64,000 nucleotides of DNA from assembly GCA_965214835.1 (NCBI GenBank), contig CBDCCK010000002.1, positions 2,176,001 to 2,240,000 of the forward strand. The letters are read 5' to 3'. Of this stretch, positions 30,122-39,990 are shown in pieces (the first letter of the stretch is position 1; each line of letters begins with the position of its first letter). This DNA comes from Nitrosopumilaceae archaeon (lineage in GTDB: Archaea; Thermoproteota; Nitrososphaeria; Nitrososphaerales; Nitrosopumilaceae). The notes beneath the pieces were generated by a model. That model was given only the letters and a program-made list of their open reading frames with translations, had not been told where the DNA came from and did not search any database. Both the position numbers and the translations under genes were made by a program.

Positions 30122-30894
30122 GCTAGCACTGACCCCTAAAACACATTAAACCTTTCGCACATCTGGCAGTCGGGCGAAACGCGCTATAGATTAGATGCAA
30201 GGCAGGCTATAATCCCGTACTAGACCTTATGCATAATTGCCAAAAATGACGCAAAAGCTGCCTGATTTTTTTGACTTGCGCCGATTACGCATAAGGTCTA
30301 CTAGGCGAGGCCAAACCTTCGATGATCTGCCTGCGCCCCCACGGATTTTGATCGTCCACACACATTTTACTCGGATGATGCAGCCCAAGCCAAAAAAATC
30401 AGAGCGAGGAAAATCCGGGCTTCAAGACACGCTTGACGGATCTGGACAGCAAGGCAACAGTTCACACTCGAAGCCATTCCTGATTTTAGGCGCGGATTAT
30501 GCCCGATCAGGGTTTCCGGGATGGCAAAACTCACGCCTGAACTCAGTCCGAAATGTTACCATTTTGCTGTTTTTTCAGGTCGCAATCGGAACCGCCCTAG
30601 ACGCTATCTGCCATCCTAGTGCGCACATCAAAAAATGAATCATAATTTTGACACATCATGCATATTTCGATAAGAAAATACCCCGACTTTCAACTGTGCG
30701 CACCGTCAGGACAGGCGCGTCGTTTTGCCATGCCATGATGGCACAATCGGACTGCTGGTTTATACGGGGGTTAGTGGCACCTAACCCCGGAATGCGCATA
30801 ACATGAGGCAAATCGTGCCGCATTGCGCCTGCTGCTGACCCAAAATTACTTTATTCAAAAATTTATAACCAAATCCGAAGGAGGTTTCACTGTA

Positions 30895-32694
30895 TTGGCC
30901 TCTCAACAGCAGCAGAAAAACCGGGATCTCCAGCCCAGGATCGACTGGGCCCAGATTCAAGAGGCCGACAACTTTGCAAAGACTGTGAGGCTGTTCAGGG
31001 AGGGAAAATATCCCGCAGACAGCTTTAGGCGGCTCAGACTGCAGCACGGCGCCTATGGGACAAGGATGACCGGCGACTATGCGATGGTCCGAGTCAAGCT
31101 CCCCGCAGGAGAGGTCTACCCAAGGCAGCTAGAAAGAATCGCACAGCTGAGCGAGCAGTACTCCATCGGCAGCGCACATCTTTCGACCAGGGAGAACATC
31201 CAGCTTCACTGGGTGGTCCTCGAGGACGTATCTGAGATCTTCCGCTCCCTGGCCGAGGTCGGACTGACCTCGAGGGAGGCGTGTGGAAACAGCATAAGGA
31301 ACGTCATGTGCAGTCCGATGTCCGGCGTGTGCCCGAGCGAGGAGTTTGACGCAACGCCCTATGCCCGGGCGACTGCCAGGTTCTTTTTGAGAAACCCAAT
31401 GTCTCAGAACCTGCCCAGAAAGTTCAAGTTTACCTTTACCTGCTGTGAAAAACACGGCATGGTCAGAATGGTCGATGTCGGCTTGATTCCGCAGATCAAG
31501 GAGGTCGACGGCAGGCCGCAGCGGGGCTTTAAAATATTCCTAGGCGGTGGCCTGGGAAACAAGTCCTATGTCGGCCACGAGCTGGAGGACTTTACCCCTG
31601 AGGAGGACGTACTGTATACGGCAATGGCAGTAGTGAGGCTCTTTGACAGGCTGGGTGACAGGAAAAACCTTGCAAGAAACAGGATGCGATACCTGGTAGC
31701 CGACATGGGCTGGGATAATTTTCAAGGCCTGGTTCTAAAGGAGCGTGCCATAGTCAGGGCAACCCAGTCCGTCATCACCCAGCTGGATGTGGATCTGACT
31801 GAAAACGAGATTAAAAGGCCCATCAGAGTTACCGATAAAGGCCGCAGCGCGCCTGACGGCTATGCCCGATGGCTCAAAACCAACACGCTCGGACAAAAAC
31901 AGGGCAGCTACAACACCGTCTTTCTTACGCTGGAGGCAGGGGACATCACTGCCGCACAGCTGAGTGCGCTTGCCGAGATGATCCGAGACTATTCTGCCGA
32001 AGGCATGGCAAGAACCGGCTTTGGACAAAACATTGCGCTGCGCTATGTCCATGACGACGACCTGCAGCCACTCTACTCTGCACTGCTGTCCCACGGTCTT
32101 GCCAAGTCCGGTGCACTCACGATGGCCGCACCAATCGGATGCTCGGGCACCACCTCCTGCAATCTTGCGCTGACCAACTCGCACAGACTTGCAAAGGAAA
32201 TTCAGAGAAAGTTCCTAGAGCTGCACTTGGATGAGGACGACGATCTCAGGGAGTCGTCAATCAAGATAAGCGGATGCCCCAACTCCTGCGGGCAGCACGG
32301 AATTGCAACAATTGGCTTTTTTGGCGGCGGCGGCAGGGTAGGCAAGGACATGTATCCGAACTATATGATGTCCCTGGGCGGGCGCTCCGATGGGGATACG
32401 ATGCTGGGCGCCGGCCTAATGAGGGTTCCCGCAAAGCGCGTGATTCCGGTAGTCTTGAAGATAATCGAGGTGTTCAGGGAAAGCAAAAAACCCGATGACA
32501 CCCTGACCTCCTGGCTGCACAGGGTTGTCAGCGGCAACGAGGACTCTAGGATCAGATCGCTGGACGATCTAAAGGGGATTCTGGCCCCGCTTACGGATCC
32601 CCCCACGATAGCCGAGGATCCGGGCTTTTATTCTGACTATGGCACCGACGGGGGCTATCACACAAAGACCGGCAAGGGTGAGTGTGCTGCTTGA
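30895..32694 (+). CDS. sir: Ferredoxin-dependent sulfite/nitrite reductase (siroheme, 4Fe-4S)
   Basis: STRENIQLH, LPRKFK, CSGTTSC and SGCPNSCG cluster ligands; TTG start with GGAGG upstream. Confidence 0.92.
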   Translation: MASQQQQKNRDLQPRIDWAQIQEADNFAKTVRLFREGKYPADSFRRLRLQHGAYGTRMTGDYAMVRVKLPAGEVYPRQLERIAQLSEQYSIGSAHLSTRENIQLHWVVLEDVSEIFRSLAEVGLTSREACGNSIRNVMCSPMSGVCPSEEFDATPYARATARFFLRNPMSQNLPRKFKFTFTCCEKHGMVRMVDVGLIPQIKEVDGRPQRGFKIFLGGGLGNKSYVGHELEDFTPEEDVLYTAMAVVRLFDRLGDRKNLARNRMRYLVADMGWDNFQGLVLKERAIVRATQSVITQLDVDLTENEIKRPIRVTDKGRSAPDGYARWLKTNTLGQKQGSYNTVFLTLEAGDITAAQLSALAEMIRDYSAEGMARTGFGQNIALRYVHDDDLQPLYSALLSHGLAKSGALTMAAPIGCSGTTSCNLALTNSHRLAKEIQRKFLELHLDEDDDLRESSIKISGCPNSCGQHGIATIGFFGGGGRVGKDMYPNYMMSLGGRSDGDTMLGAGLMRVPAKRVIPVVLKIIEVFRESKKPDDTLTSWLHRVVSGNEDSRIRSLDDLKGILAPLTDPPTIAEDPGFYSDYGTDGGYHTKTGKGECAA

Positions 32695-33485
32695 GTGCAG
32701 TCAAAACAACAAAGGATGTTGACTCCCTGCGCTCGGAAATCCGGGACAGGAGCGTACGCGTAGTCGATGTGCGTCGTGAGGACGACTATGTGCGTGATCA
32801 CATCCCAAGCTCCGTTAACCTCCCGCTGGCAGGCCTGCTTTCTGATGACAGCCCCGAGCGCGTCAACAGGATTATCCAGTCTGTGGGGATTGGCGACGAG
32901 ACGCCGGTGGTCGTGTATGATGACACCTTTGGAGCGCTGGCATCGCGCGTTGCCTGGACCCTTGAATACTTGGGACACTCCGATGTTAGCCTGCTTGAGA
33001 CCACCTACTCCCAATGGAGATCCATGGGACTGGAAAGCGACAGCGCCGTGCCCGAGGTGCGGCCAAGTGCTCATTCTGTGAGCCTGCAGCCTGGAATCTT
33101 GGCCACCTCTGACTATCTGGAGGCCGCAAGGGGGCGCAAGGGCGTCGTCCTGATCGACAACCGTGAGCGGCTAAACTACCTAGAGCAGCACATCCCCGGC
33201 GCAATCAGCCTTCCATACAGGACCCTTGCGTCCCCAGACCGGATACTGCGCCCGCACGACGAGGTAAGGCGGTTGCTGGAGAACCGGGGCGTGTCCGGCG
33301 GCTCTGAGATCATAACCTACTGCGGTAGCGTGGGCACGCTCTCAGGTCTTGCGTATTATGCACTAAAGTCCGCAGGCCTGCCAGATGTCCGGCTGTATGT
33401 CCGCTCGTTTAGGGAATGGAAGAGCATGGAAAGGCCGACCGAGCGGCAGCCTGATGCAAACTATTGGGATCTGTCTGCAGAATAA
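32691..33485 (+). CDS. Thiosulfate sulfurtransferase (tandem rhodanese)
   Basis: Two rhodanese domains (HIPSSVN, HIPGAIS), active-site YCGSVG; overlaps the sir stop. Confidence 0.92.
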   Translation: MSAVKTTKDVDSLRSEIRDRSVRVVDVRREDDYVRDHIPSSVNLPLAGLLSDDSPERVNRIIQSVGIGDETPVVVYDDTFGALASRVAWTLEYLGHSDVSLLETTYSQWRSMGLESDSAVPEVRPSAHSVSLQPGILATSDYLEAARGRKGVVLIDNRERLNYLEQHIPGAISLPYRTLASPDRILRPHDEVRRLLENRGVSGGSEIITYCGSVGTLSGLAYYALKSAGLPDVRLYVRSFREWKSMERPTERQPDANYWDLSAE

Positions 33486-33550
33486 ACGGCCCTTGCCGTG
33501 CGGCGGCCGAATCCGGGAGCTGATGCAAACTATTGGGATCTGTCTGCAGA
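33451..33550. repeat. 31-bp perfect direct repeat (extendable to ~37 bp) with a 38-bp interval
   Basis: CTGATGCAAACTATTGGGATCTGTCTGCAGA at 33451-33481 and 33520-33550. Confidence 0.93.
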
Positions 33551-34690
33551 GCTATGGCCTACCTGGCTTCTTAGCTGCTTTGTAACTACAACCTCGATGT
33601 TGTCAAACATCGTGAGCATCTTCTCCCTGTGGTCCTCAAGGTACTCTTCTGCCCTGTCCTCTAGCCGTATCTTCCACAGCTTGATCTCCCGGTGCTCCTC
33701 AAAGAACTGCTCAATCATCTGTTGGCCGCATTTCTTGGGATCAATGAACACGTCAAACTCCCTGACTATCCCACTGATGTCGCCCTCCTCGATTGCGTTT
33801 TTTACGTTGGTGATTGCCTGGCTGAGATCCTTGAGGTTTGCAACCGACACCGGAAGCTCCCTCTTCCTAGTGAGTCCCAGAAACCCCTTCTTTTCCTTTC
33901 CAACCCTCTTTGCAATCTCCGGCGACAGATCATATATTGGAATCCTGTGGAACCCCTCGCGCTTTTCGTTTTTTACCAGCAGCCCCTTTTCGGTCAGCTT
34001 TAGCAGCGACTCTTCGGCGTCTGCCTTGTTTAGCAACGTGGTCCAGACGATGGAGCCAATCGTATGGTATCCCTGTCTGACGCATTCGAGGACCACAACA
34101 TCCACAATTCTTCGAAACCCCTCCTCGACCCTTACGTTTATCAGGTCCTTGTCCTTTACGGCCTTTCTTGCATTTTTTACGTCGATCTCAATTGAGCGCT
34201 TTAGCGACTCGATTGCCTCGGGAACCTGGTTTAGCAGCGAGAGAAAGCATGCCTTGTTGTACCATGCCATCCCAAACTCCGGATCCGACTCGATTGCCTT
34301 CTCGCTTGAGTCAAGGGCCTTTGCATAGTTTTTTTGCTCATAGTGCACCAGGCCCTTGAGGTTCCAGGCCTCGGCGTTTGTAACATCGATATCCAGAATC
34401 TGATCATAGACCCTCAGCGCCTCGGAATGATCATCTAGATGAAACCTTGCATATCCCAGCTTTAGCAGCGTCTCGACGTTTCTTGGGTCGATGCGCAGCG
34501 CCTGCTCGAAGACCTCTACGGCGTCTTCCAGCTTTTCATCTGCCATCAGGTTCGTCCCCTTTTTGTAGAGCCGCTTGAGGTTGTACTTGGGATCCACTAG
34601 GCTGGTGGTTTTGCTTGCCTTGGACCCCTCGATCTCCTCTGGTTCGGGCTCTGGCTCGAGTTTTGCCTTCTTGAAGGGGGTCTTCATCAT
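33530..34690 (-). CDS. Tetratricopeptide repeat protein
   Basis: Several TPR motifs (AWNLKGLVHYEQKNYAKAL, AWYNKA) followed by a probable wHTH/helical region. Confidence 0.9.
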   Translation of the reverse strand: MMKTPFKKAKLEPEPEPEEIEGSKASKTTSLVDPKYNLKRLYKKGTNLMADEKLEDAVEVFEQALRIDPRNVETLLKLGYARFHLDDHSEALRVYDQILDIDVTNAEAWNLKGLVHYEQKNYAKALDSSEKAIESDPEFGMAWYNKACFLSLLNQVPEAIESLKRSIEIDVKNARKAVKDKDLINVRVEEGFRRIVDVVVLECVRQGYHTIGSIVWTTLLNKADAEESLLKLTEKGLLVKNEKREGFHRIPIYDLSPEIAKRVGKEKKGFLGLTRKRELPVSVANLKDLSQAITNVKNAIEEGDISGIVREFDVFIDPKKCGQQMIEQFFEEHREIKLWKIRLEDRAEEYLEDHREKMLTMFDNIEVVVTKQLRSQVGHSSADRSQ

Positions 34691-34797
34691 TCAGATTTGC
34701 CCTATTTTGCAGATAAATACTATTGCCGCCATATGCCTAGCACTTTGATATATCTTGATGAAAATGCAGAAATACCTCGTACTCAAAGAGACGTGTA

Positions 34798-36399
34798 GTG
34801 TCTTCCAATCCTAAAATTGAGGCAAGCGGGCCTGCCCCATTCAAGCAGGCGGGGGTATATGAGGTTCAGATACTGATTGCCGACAAAAAACCCAGCGCAG
34901 ACTCTATTCCAAAGCGCTCCTTCGATGTCCTGTGGAAGGATACGTTCCACCTCAGGGTAAAAGACGGCACGTTCTCGCAGATCCTTGGTAGCGCCGCAAA
35001 CCCCATCCCGGGCTCCGTATCTGATCTGGCATCTGTCTGGATAATAGTGATAGATCGGTTCTCGTCACTGCACTCGTCGTTTGAGGTGCAGCTGTCAAAG
35101 CCACACCCTGCAAAGCCAGAACCGCAAAAGCCAGAGCCTCCAAAAAAAGTCGAAAGGCCCCCAAAGCCTGCCACGTCCGGATCCTCGGGCCCGCCCGGCG
35201 GTAGGGGCCCTGATGGTCCGCCCGGCCCGCAGGGCGACAAGGGCCCGCCCGGCGCGCCGGGGGGAAAGGGAGATCAGGGCCCGCTGGGGGTTCCAGGTGA
35301 CAAGGGCCCACAGGGGCAGCCCGGCCTGCAGGGCGACAAGGGCCCGGCAGGCGACAAGGGACTGACCGGAGAGAGGGGCCTCAAGGGAGACCGGGGAATT
35401 ACCGGCGACAAAGGTGACAAGGGAGACAAGGGCGCAACCGGTCCTGTAGGCGACAAGGGAGACAAGGGCGCAACCGGCCCTCCTGGAGACAAGGGCCCTG
35501 TCGGCCTGCGCGGCATTCAGGGCGACAAGGGTGAAAAGGGCCCTACCGGCCCTCTTGGAGACAAGGGCCCTGTCGGCCTGCGGGGTCCTTCGGGCCCGGT
35601 CGGCGACAAGGGACCGCAGGGCGCGCCCGGTGACAAGGGACTGACGGGAGACAAGGGCCCGGTCGGAGAAAAGGGACAGACCGGTTCTCAGGGCCCGGTC
35701 GGAGAAAAGGGCATTCAGGGCCCGGTCGGAGAAAAGGGCCCCAAGGGTTCGCAGGGTCCACTTGGCGACAAGGGCCCGGTCGGCCCGGCAGGCCCCAAGG
35801 GAGACAAGGGCCTTACAGGACCGCAAGGCCCTCCAGGCGAAAAGGGTCCGGCAGGCCCCAAAGGCCCACTTGGAGAAAAGGGTACGACGGGCCCATCGGG
35901 TACGGCAGGCGACAAGGGACCGCAGGGCCCGCAGGGTCCGGCGGGAGAAAAGGGACTGACCGGCGTCCCGGGCCCGCAGGGAGAAAAGGGCGAAAAGGGC
36001 CCGCAGGGCCCACTTGGAGAAAAGGGTACGACGGGCCCGGCGGGCCCGACCGGCGACAAGGGCCCGCAGGGATCTCAGGGCCCGCAGGGAGAGCGTGGCC
36101 CGCAGGGCCCTCCAGGCGAAAAGGGCCCGCAGGGCCCGCAGGGAATTCAGGGCCCGCAGGGAGAGCGTGGCCCGCAGGGCCCGGCAGGCCCCGCAGGCGA
36201 GCCCGGACCCCGTGGAGAGCAGGGCCCTGTCGGCCCGGCAGGCCCCAAGGGCCCCCCGGGCCCTCCAGGCGACAAGGGCTCCTCTAGCGGGCTGTCTGAG
36301 TCCCAAAAGGCGCTATTCAAGGAGATGCTGGAGATCCTGACTGAAAAGAACGTCATCACCACTGAGGAGCAAATCAGGCTGATGAGCCATCTCTACTAG
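34798..36399 (+). CDS. Collagen triple-helix repeat protein
   Basis: Roughly 120 consecutive Gly-X-Y triplets (GPQ, GEK, GDK) after a ~100-aa globular domain and Pro/Lys linker. Confidence 0.93.
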   Translation: MSSNPKIEASGPAPFKQAGVYEVQILIADKKPSADSIPKRSFDVLWKDTFHLRVKDGTFSQILGSAANPIPGSVSDLASVWIIVIDRFSSLHSSFEVQLSKPHPAKPEPQKPEPPKKVERPPKPATSGSSGPPGGRGPDGPPGPQGDKGPPGAPGGKGDQGPLGVPGDKGPQGQPGLQGDKGPAGDKGLTGERGLKGDRGITGDKGDKGDKGATGPVGDKGDKGATGPPGDKGPVGLRGIQGDKGEKGPTGPLGDKGPVGLRGPSGPVGDKGPQGAPGDKGLTGDKGPVGEKGQTGSQGPVGEKGIQGPVGEKGPKGSQGPLGDKGPVGPAGPKGDKGLTGPQGPPGEKGPAGPKGPLGEKGTTGPSGTAGDKGPQGPQGPAGEKGLTGVPGPQGEKGEKGPQGPLGEKGTTGPAGPTGDKGPQGSQGPQGERGPQGPPGEKGPQGPQGIQGPQGERGPQGPAGPAGEPGPRGEQGPVGPAGPKGPPGPPGDKGSSSGLSESQKALFKEMLEILTEKNVITTEEQIRLMSHLY

Positions 36400-36433
36400 T
36401 AACCTTTTCAAATGGCCACTGTCATCTTGTAAT

Positions 36434-36718
36434 ATGAGCCAGCAGGGCGAGAAAATCGACTTTGAGATGCTAGATTACAAGCGTATTGAAAATGAGTACG
36501 TCTCATTCAAGCTGGAAGACGGGACGGTCGTAAAGGTCAAGGTTGACTTGGACCGGGTTGGAAAGGCAATCAACCATAAAAATCCTGACGGGACTCCGCA
36601 CTATGCAATCAACACCGCAATCAAGCTTTCAATCCTGCCTGCGGAAAAAAAATTCACCGTGGCAAAAAGCAACCTAAAGAACAGCCAAAAATCCCCGCCG
36701 GGGCAGATGTTCAGTTGA
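36434..36718 (+). CDS. Hypothetical protein (similar to C-terminal half of 23700-24191)
   Basis: 94 aa, NEYVSFKLEDGTVVKVK...NPDGTPHY. Confidence 0.8.
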   Translation: MSQQGEKIDFEMLDYKRIENEYVSFKLEDGTVVKVKVDLDRVGKAINHKNPDGTPHYAINTAIKLSILPAEKKFTVAKSNLKNSQKSPPGQMFS

Positions 36719-36748
36719 TTTTAGAGGTATAAGATAAAAAGGTAAACA

Positions 36749-36769
36749 AATCGCCAGCTGCTGGCGATT
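36749..36769. terminator. Palindrome between convergent genes (possible terminator or binding site)
   Basis: AATCGCCAGC-T-GCTGGCGATT. Confidence 0.45.
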
Positions 36770-36790
36770 GTTAGTTTGAAGAAGCGACTG

Positions 36791-37120
36791 CTATCGCCTT
36801 CTTGCAGGCTTTCTCTTCGGAGCTGCCTTTTTCTTTGCAGGCCTTCTCTTCGGAGCTGCCTTTTTAGCTGCCGTCTTTTTCTTTGCAGGCTTTCTCTTCG
36901 GAGCTGCCTTTTTCTTTGCAGGCCTTCTCTTCGGAGCTGCCTTTTTAGCTGCCGTCTTTTTCTTTGCAGGCTTTCTCTTCGGAGCTGCCTTTTTCTTTGC
37001 AGGCCTTCTCTTCGGAGCTGCCTTTTTAGCTGCCGTCTTTTTCTTTGCAGGCTTTCTCTTCGGAGCTGCCTTTTTCTTTGCAGGCTTTCTCTTCGGAGCT
37101 GCTTTTCGTTTTGTAGCCAT
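36791..37120 (-). CDS. Histone H1-like Lys/Ala/Pro-rich basic protein
   Basis: Tandem KKKAAPKRKPA / KKAAPKRRPA repeats. Confidence 0.85.
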   Translation of the reverse strand: MATKRKAAPKRKPAKKKAAPKRKPAKKKTAAKKAAPKRRPAKKKAAPKRKPAKKKTAAKKAAPKRRPAKKKAAPKRKPAKKKTAAKKAAPKRRPAKKKAAPKRKPARRR

Positions 37121-37416
37121 TAACAAACTCGCATTCTCATTGTTTTTCAGTAGCTAAACTAAAGAAAATTACACCAAGTGATAACAAATTCTCAACGAAG
37201 TTTTGGCAAAATGGATTCAATTCCTGATCGTAGACTGATCAATGGGCGATCTCATATGGAGGATTTTTGCCGCAAAACCGTCCAAAATGATTGCAAATCA
37301 CGCGCATGTGCCCCCTTTGTGCGTTTGCAGACTGCGATCTTGGGGGCAAAAGCGTGCAGTGGCCGTACCACCATCTTTGAATTCCTGATCCATCCTGATC
37401 CATGCCGCCTGGGAAA

Positions 37417-38526
37417 TCAGGCACCCTTTAGCTTGATTATCGTCAAAACATCCTCGTCTTGCAGGATGTGGTCCAGTCCAACCCTCTGCCCGCCGAACTT
37501 TACACTCTTTCCCCAGACCAGTCCGTACCTGAACTGCTTTCTCATCTTTCGGTGCAGCTTGTTGCACACGTCCTCTACCGTGTCGCCCTCCCTTGCAATC
37601 AGCGGCTCCTCAAAGTCAGTCTGGCCCCCCTTGGGCCTCATGTATATCCTGATAAAGCTCAGCCTCATGTAGATCTCCTCCCTTAACAGCTCTATGTTGA
37701 TGTCTGAGTTTGCAGAGACCTCGATCACCTTCGTTTTCAGCCTCCTTTTCAAATCCCTCCTAAATCCATCGTCTGCCAGATCAATCTTGTTGAGGATTGT
37801 AATCGCCTTTGAGTAGCTTATGTTTCCCGCAACGTGGTCTGAGAGCTGTTCTGATGTCAGATCCTCTCGGACTACCACCCTTGCACTCGTGATTCCGTAC
37901 AGGTGCAGGACATCCTTGAGGTGCTTTTCTGTAATCTTGGTCAGCCTTACCTGCTGGGCCACTGCAATCCCACCCGTTGCAGACCTTTCAACTGTGATGT
38001 TTGGGGGAAGCTGGTTCAGCCTGATTCCGATGTTGCCAAGCTCGCTTATCAGCACGTCCTCGTGGTACGGCTGGAACACGTCTAGCACAAGCAAGACAAG
38101 ATCCGCGCTTCTTGCAACCGAGAGGATTCTTTTGCCCAGGCCCTTCCCGCTTGAGGCGCCCTTGATGATTCCAGGCAGGTCCAGAACTTGGATTTTTGCG
38201 CCGCGGTACTCCATCATGCCCGGAACCACGGTCAGTGTGGTAAACTGGTAGGCGCCAACCTCCGACCTTGCACCCGTCAGCCTGTTTAGCAGCGTGGACT
38301 TTCCGACGCTTGGCAGTCCGATGAAGACAACCGTGGCATCCCCTGTTCTTCTTACGTCAAACCCATCTGACTTTTGCCCGCTCTTTTTTGAGGCATTGTC
38401 CTCCTGCTCGCGCCTTAGCTTTGCAATCTTTGCCTTTAGCAGCCCCAGGTGGTGCTCTGTTGCCTTGTTGATCTGCGTTTTTGCCATCTCGTCCTCTATG
38501 GCCTTGATTTTTTCTGGAATTCCCAA
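37417..38526 (-). CDS. DRG-family GTP-binding protein with TGS domain
   Basis: GLPSVGKS, FTT, DLPG, NKID, VWGKSVKF. Confidence 0.95.
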   Translation of the reverse strand: MGIPEKIKAIEDEMAKTQINKATEHHLGLLKAKIAKLRREQEDNASKKSGQKSDGFDVRRTGDATVVFIGLPSVGKSTLLNRLTGARSEVGAYQFTTLTVVPGMMEYRGAKIQVLDLPGIIKGASSGKGLGKRILSVARSADLVLLVLDVFQPYHEDVLISELGNIGIRLNQLPPNITVERSATGGIAVAQQVRLTKITEKHLKDVLHLYGITSARVVVREDLTSEQLSDHVAGNISYSKAITILNKIDLADDGFRRDLKRRLKTKVIEVSANSDINIELLREEIYMRLSFIRIYMRPKGGQTDFEEPLIAREGDTVEDVCNKLHRKMRKQFRYGLVWGKSVKFGGQRVGLDHILQDEDVLTIIKLKGA

Positions 38527-38691
38527 CCTCGCTCACCACACCTCTTACCCCTTTGAATAATATCTTATTGGTTTTCATGCACGGCCCGTCGGAGCACGCA
38601 AGCCCGTACCTGTGTCTTGACGTTGGAGCTCACACGTGCCCTGGCATTTTTTGAGCGCAGCAGATATTATCTGGCCGGACTGCCTAGTCTT

Positions 38692-39387
38692 GTGAAGCCA
38701 AAGACGTTTGCAGTCGACATTGACGGAACCATAACCGAGAATGGCGGGGGGCGGATTCATCTGGATGCGCTGCTTGCACTGCGGCACCTCAAGAATCAGG
38801 GCCACAACGTGATCTTTGTCACCGGCAGATCGTCAGTAGAGGGCTATCTGTTGTCGGTGTTTGGCGGAACCACCAACGTCGCAGTAGGCGAGAACGGCGG
38901 CTGTATCACCTTTGGAAACTGTGAGCACAAGCTGCTGGGAAACATCGGGGAGTGCAGGCGGGCGCTTGACGTCATAAGGGCAGGCATTGACAATGTCAGG
39001 GAAAAGCCCGTCTTTCCCAGAATGACCGAGATAGTCCTTGAGAGAACCTTTGACCTAGAGTCTGCCAGATGCCTGGTCTCTGAGATGGGACTGGACGTGG
39101 TCATGTCTGACAGCCAGTATGCGTACCACGTCAACTCGCGCGGAATTGACAAGGGCAGGGGCCTTGTGGAGGTAATGGGGATGCTTTCTGTTGACCCCTC
39201 TGACGTGATTGCCATCGGGGACAGTGCCACTGACATCCCGCTGTTCAGGAAGGCAGGAACGAGCATCGCGCTGGGCAATGCCTTTGACGATGTCAAGGCA
39301 GAGGCCACCATCACCGTTGCTGCAAGATCCGGGGACGGCATAGTAGAGGCACTGAGTCTGCTTGCCCAGAGATCCTTTGAGGTGTGA
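38692..39387 (+). CDS. HAD phosphoglycolate phosphatase (archaeal Cof/SPP-like)
   Basis: DIDGT, VTGR, ENGG, GDSATD; probable GTG start at 38692. Confidence 0.88.
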   Translation: MKPKTFAVDIDGTITENGGGRIHLDALLALRHLKNQGHNVIFVTGRSSVEGYLLSVFGGTTNVAVGENGGCITFGNCEHKLLGNIGECRRALDVIRAGIDNVREKPVFPRMTEIVLERTFDLESARCLVSEMGLDVVMSDSQYAYHVNSRGIDKGRGLVEVMGMLSVDPSDVIAIGDSATDIPLFRKAGTSIALGNAFDDVKAEATITVAARSGDGIVEALSLLAQRSFEV

Positions 39388-39498
39388 AGCTGGCAGCCTG
39401 CAGGCACCTTTGATCCGCATTGCGCCTGTTTTTTACGAGTCGGGAAATTATGCCGTGAGCACGCGTGGAGCACGGAGTTATTTGATTAAAAACACAAG

Positions 39499-39990
39499 TG
39501 TTTCATATGGAAATTAGTTCCGCCCCTCATTGGCATCCTTCATCCATTTGGGGTCGCCTTTCATGATCGCTTTTGTGGCCTCCCGTCTCCAGAACGCCAT
39601 CCTAGGCGTCTCGGCGCGCCCATATCCAGTGAATAGTGCGTCCTGCGCTCGTTGTAGAACTCGATGAACTCGCCGACCTGCCAAGTGTACCATCTCCCTC
39701 TCAAGCATCTTGAACTACATCTCAAGCTTGCCGTTGGTCTTGGGGTGGTAGGATCTGGAGTCTATCAGCTCGATTCCGCGGTTCAAAAGCTCGACCTCAA
39801 AGACAGTTTGCCTCCATGTGTCCAGAGGTATCGTCTTTTTGTTCCTGCCCAGTTAAAACACCTGACGTTATCCGACAGGATCTGGGCCGGCACCCCAAAC
39901 GCCTTGATTGTCTTGCACAGCATCAAAACTGCATTCTCCGAGGTCGCGTGCTCAAAGACGCCGAATCCGATTATGCACCGCGAGGAATCG
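39499..39990 (-). pseudogene. IS481 transposase C-terminal remnant
   Basis: LDDSSRCI, LSDN, YHPKTNGKLE, FYNER fragments; TGT end at 39499. Confidence 0.8.

Noticed and set aside
30237-30638. 133-aa ORF between thi4 and sir
   Set aside because: No motif and atypical composition; treated as non-coding.
35095-36306. 403-aa antisense ORF and other ORFs over the collagen gene
   Set aside because: Shadow frames produced by Gly-X-Y codon periodicity.
36776-37123. Cys/Leu-rich plus-strand ORF; repeats resembling a CRISPR array
   Set aside because: Antisense of the H1-like gene; the repeats are contiguous coding units without unique spacers.
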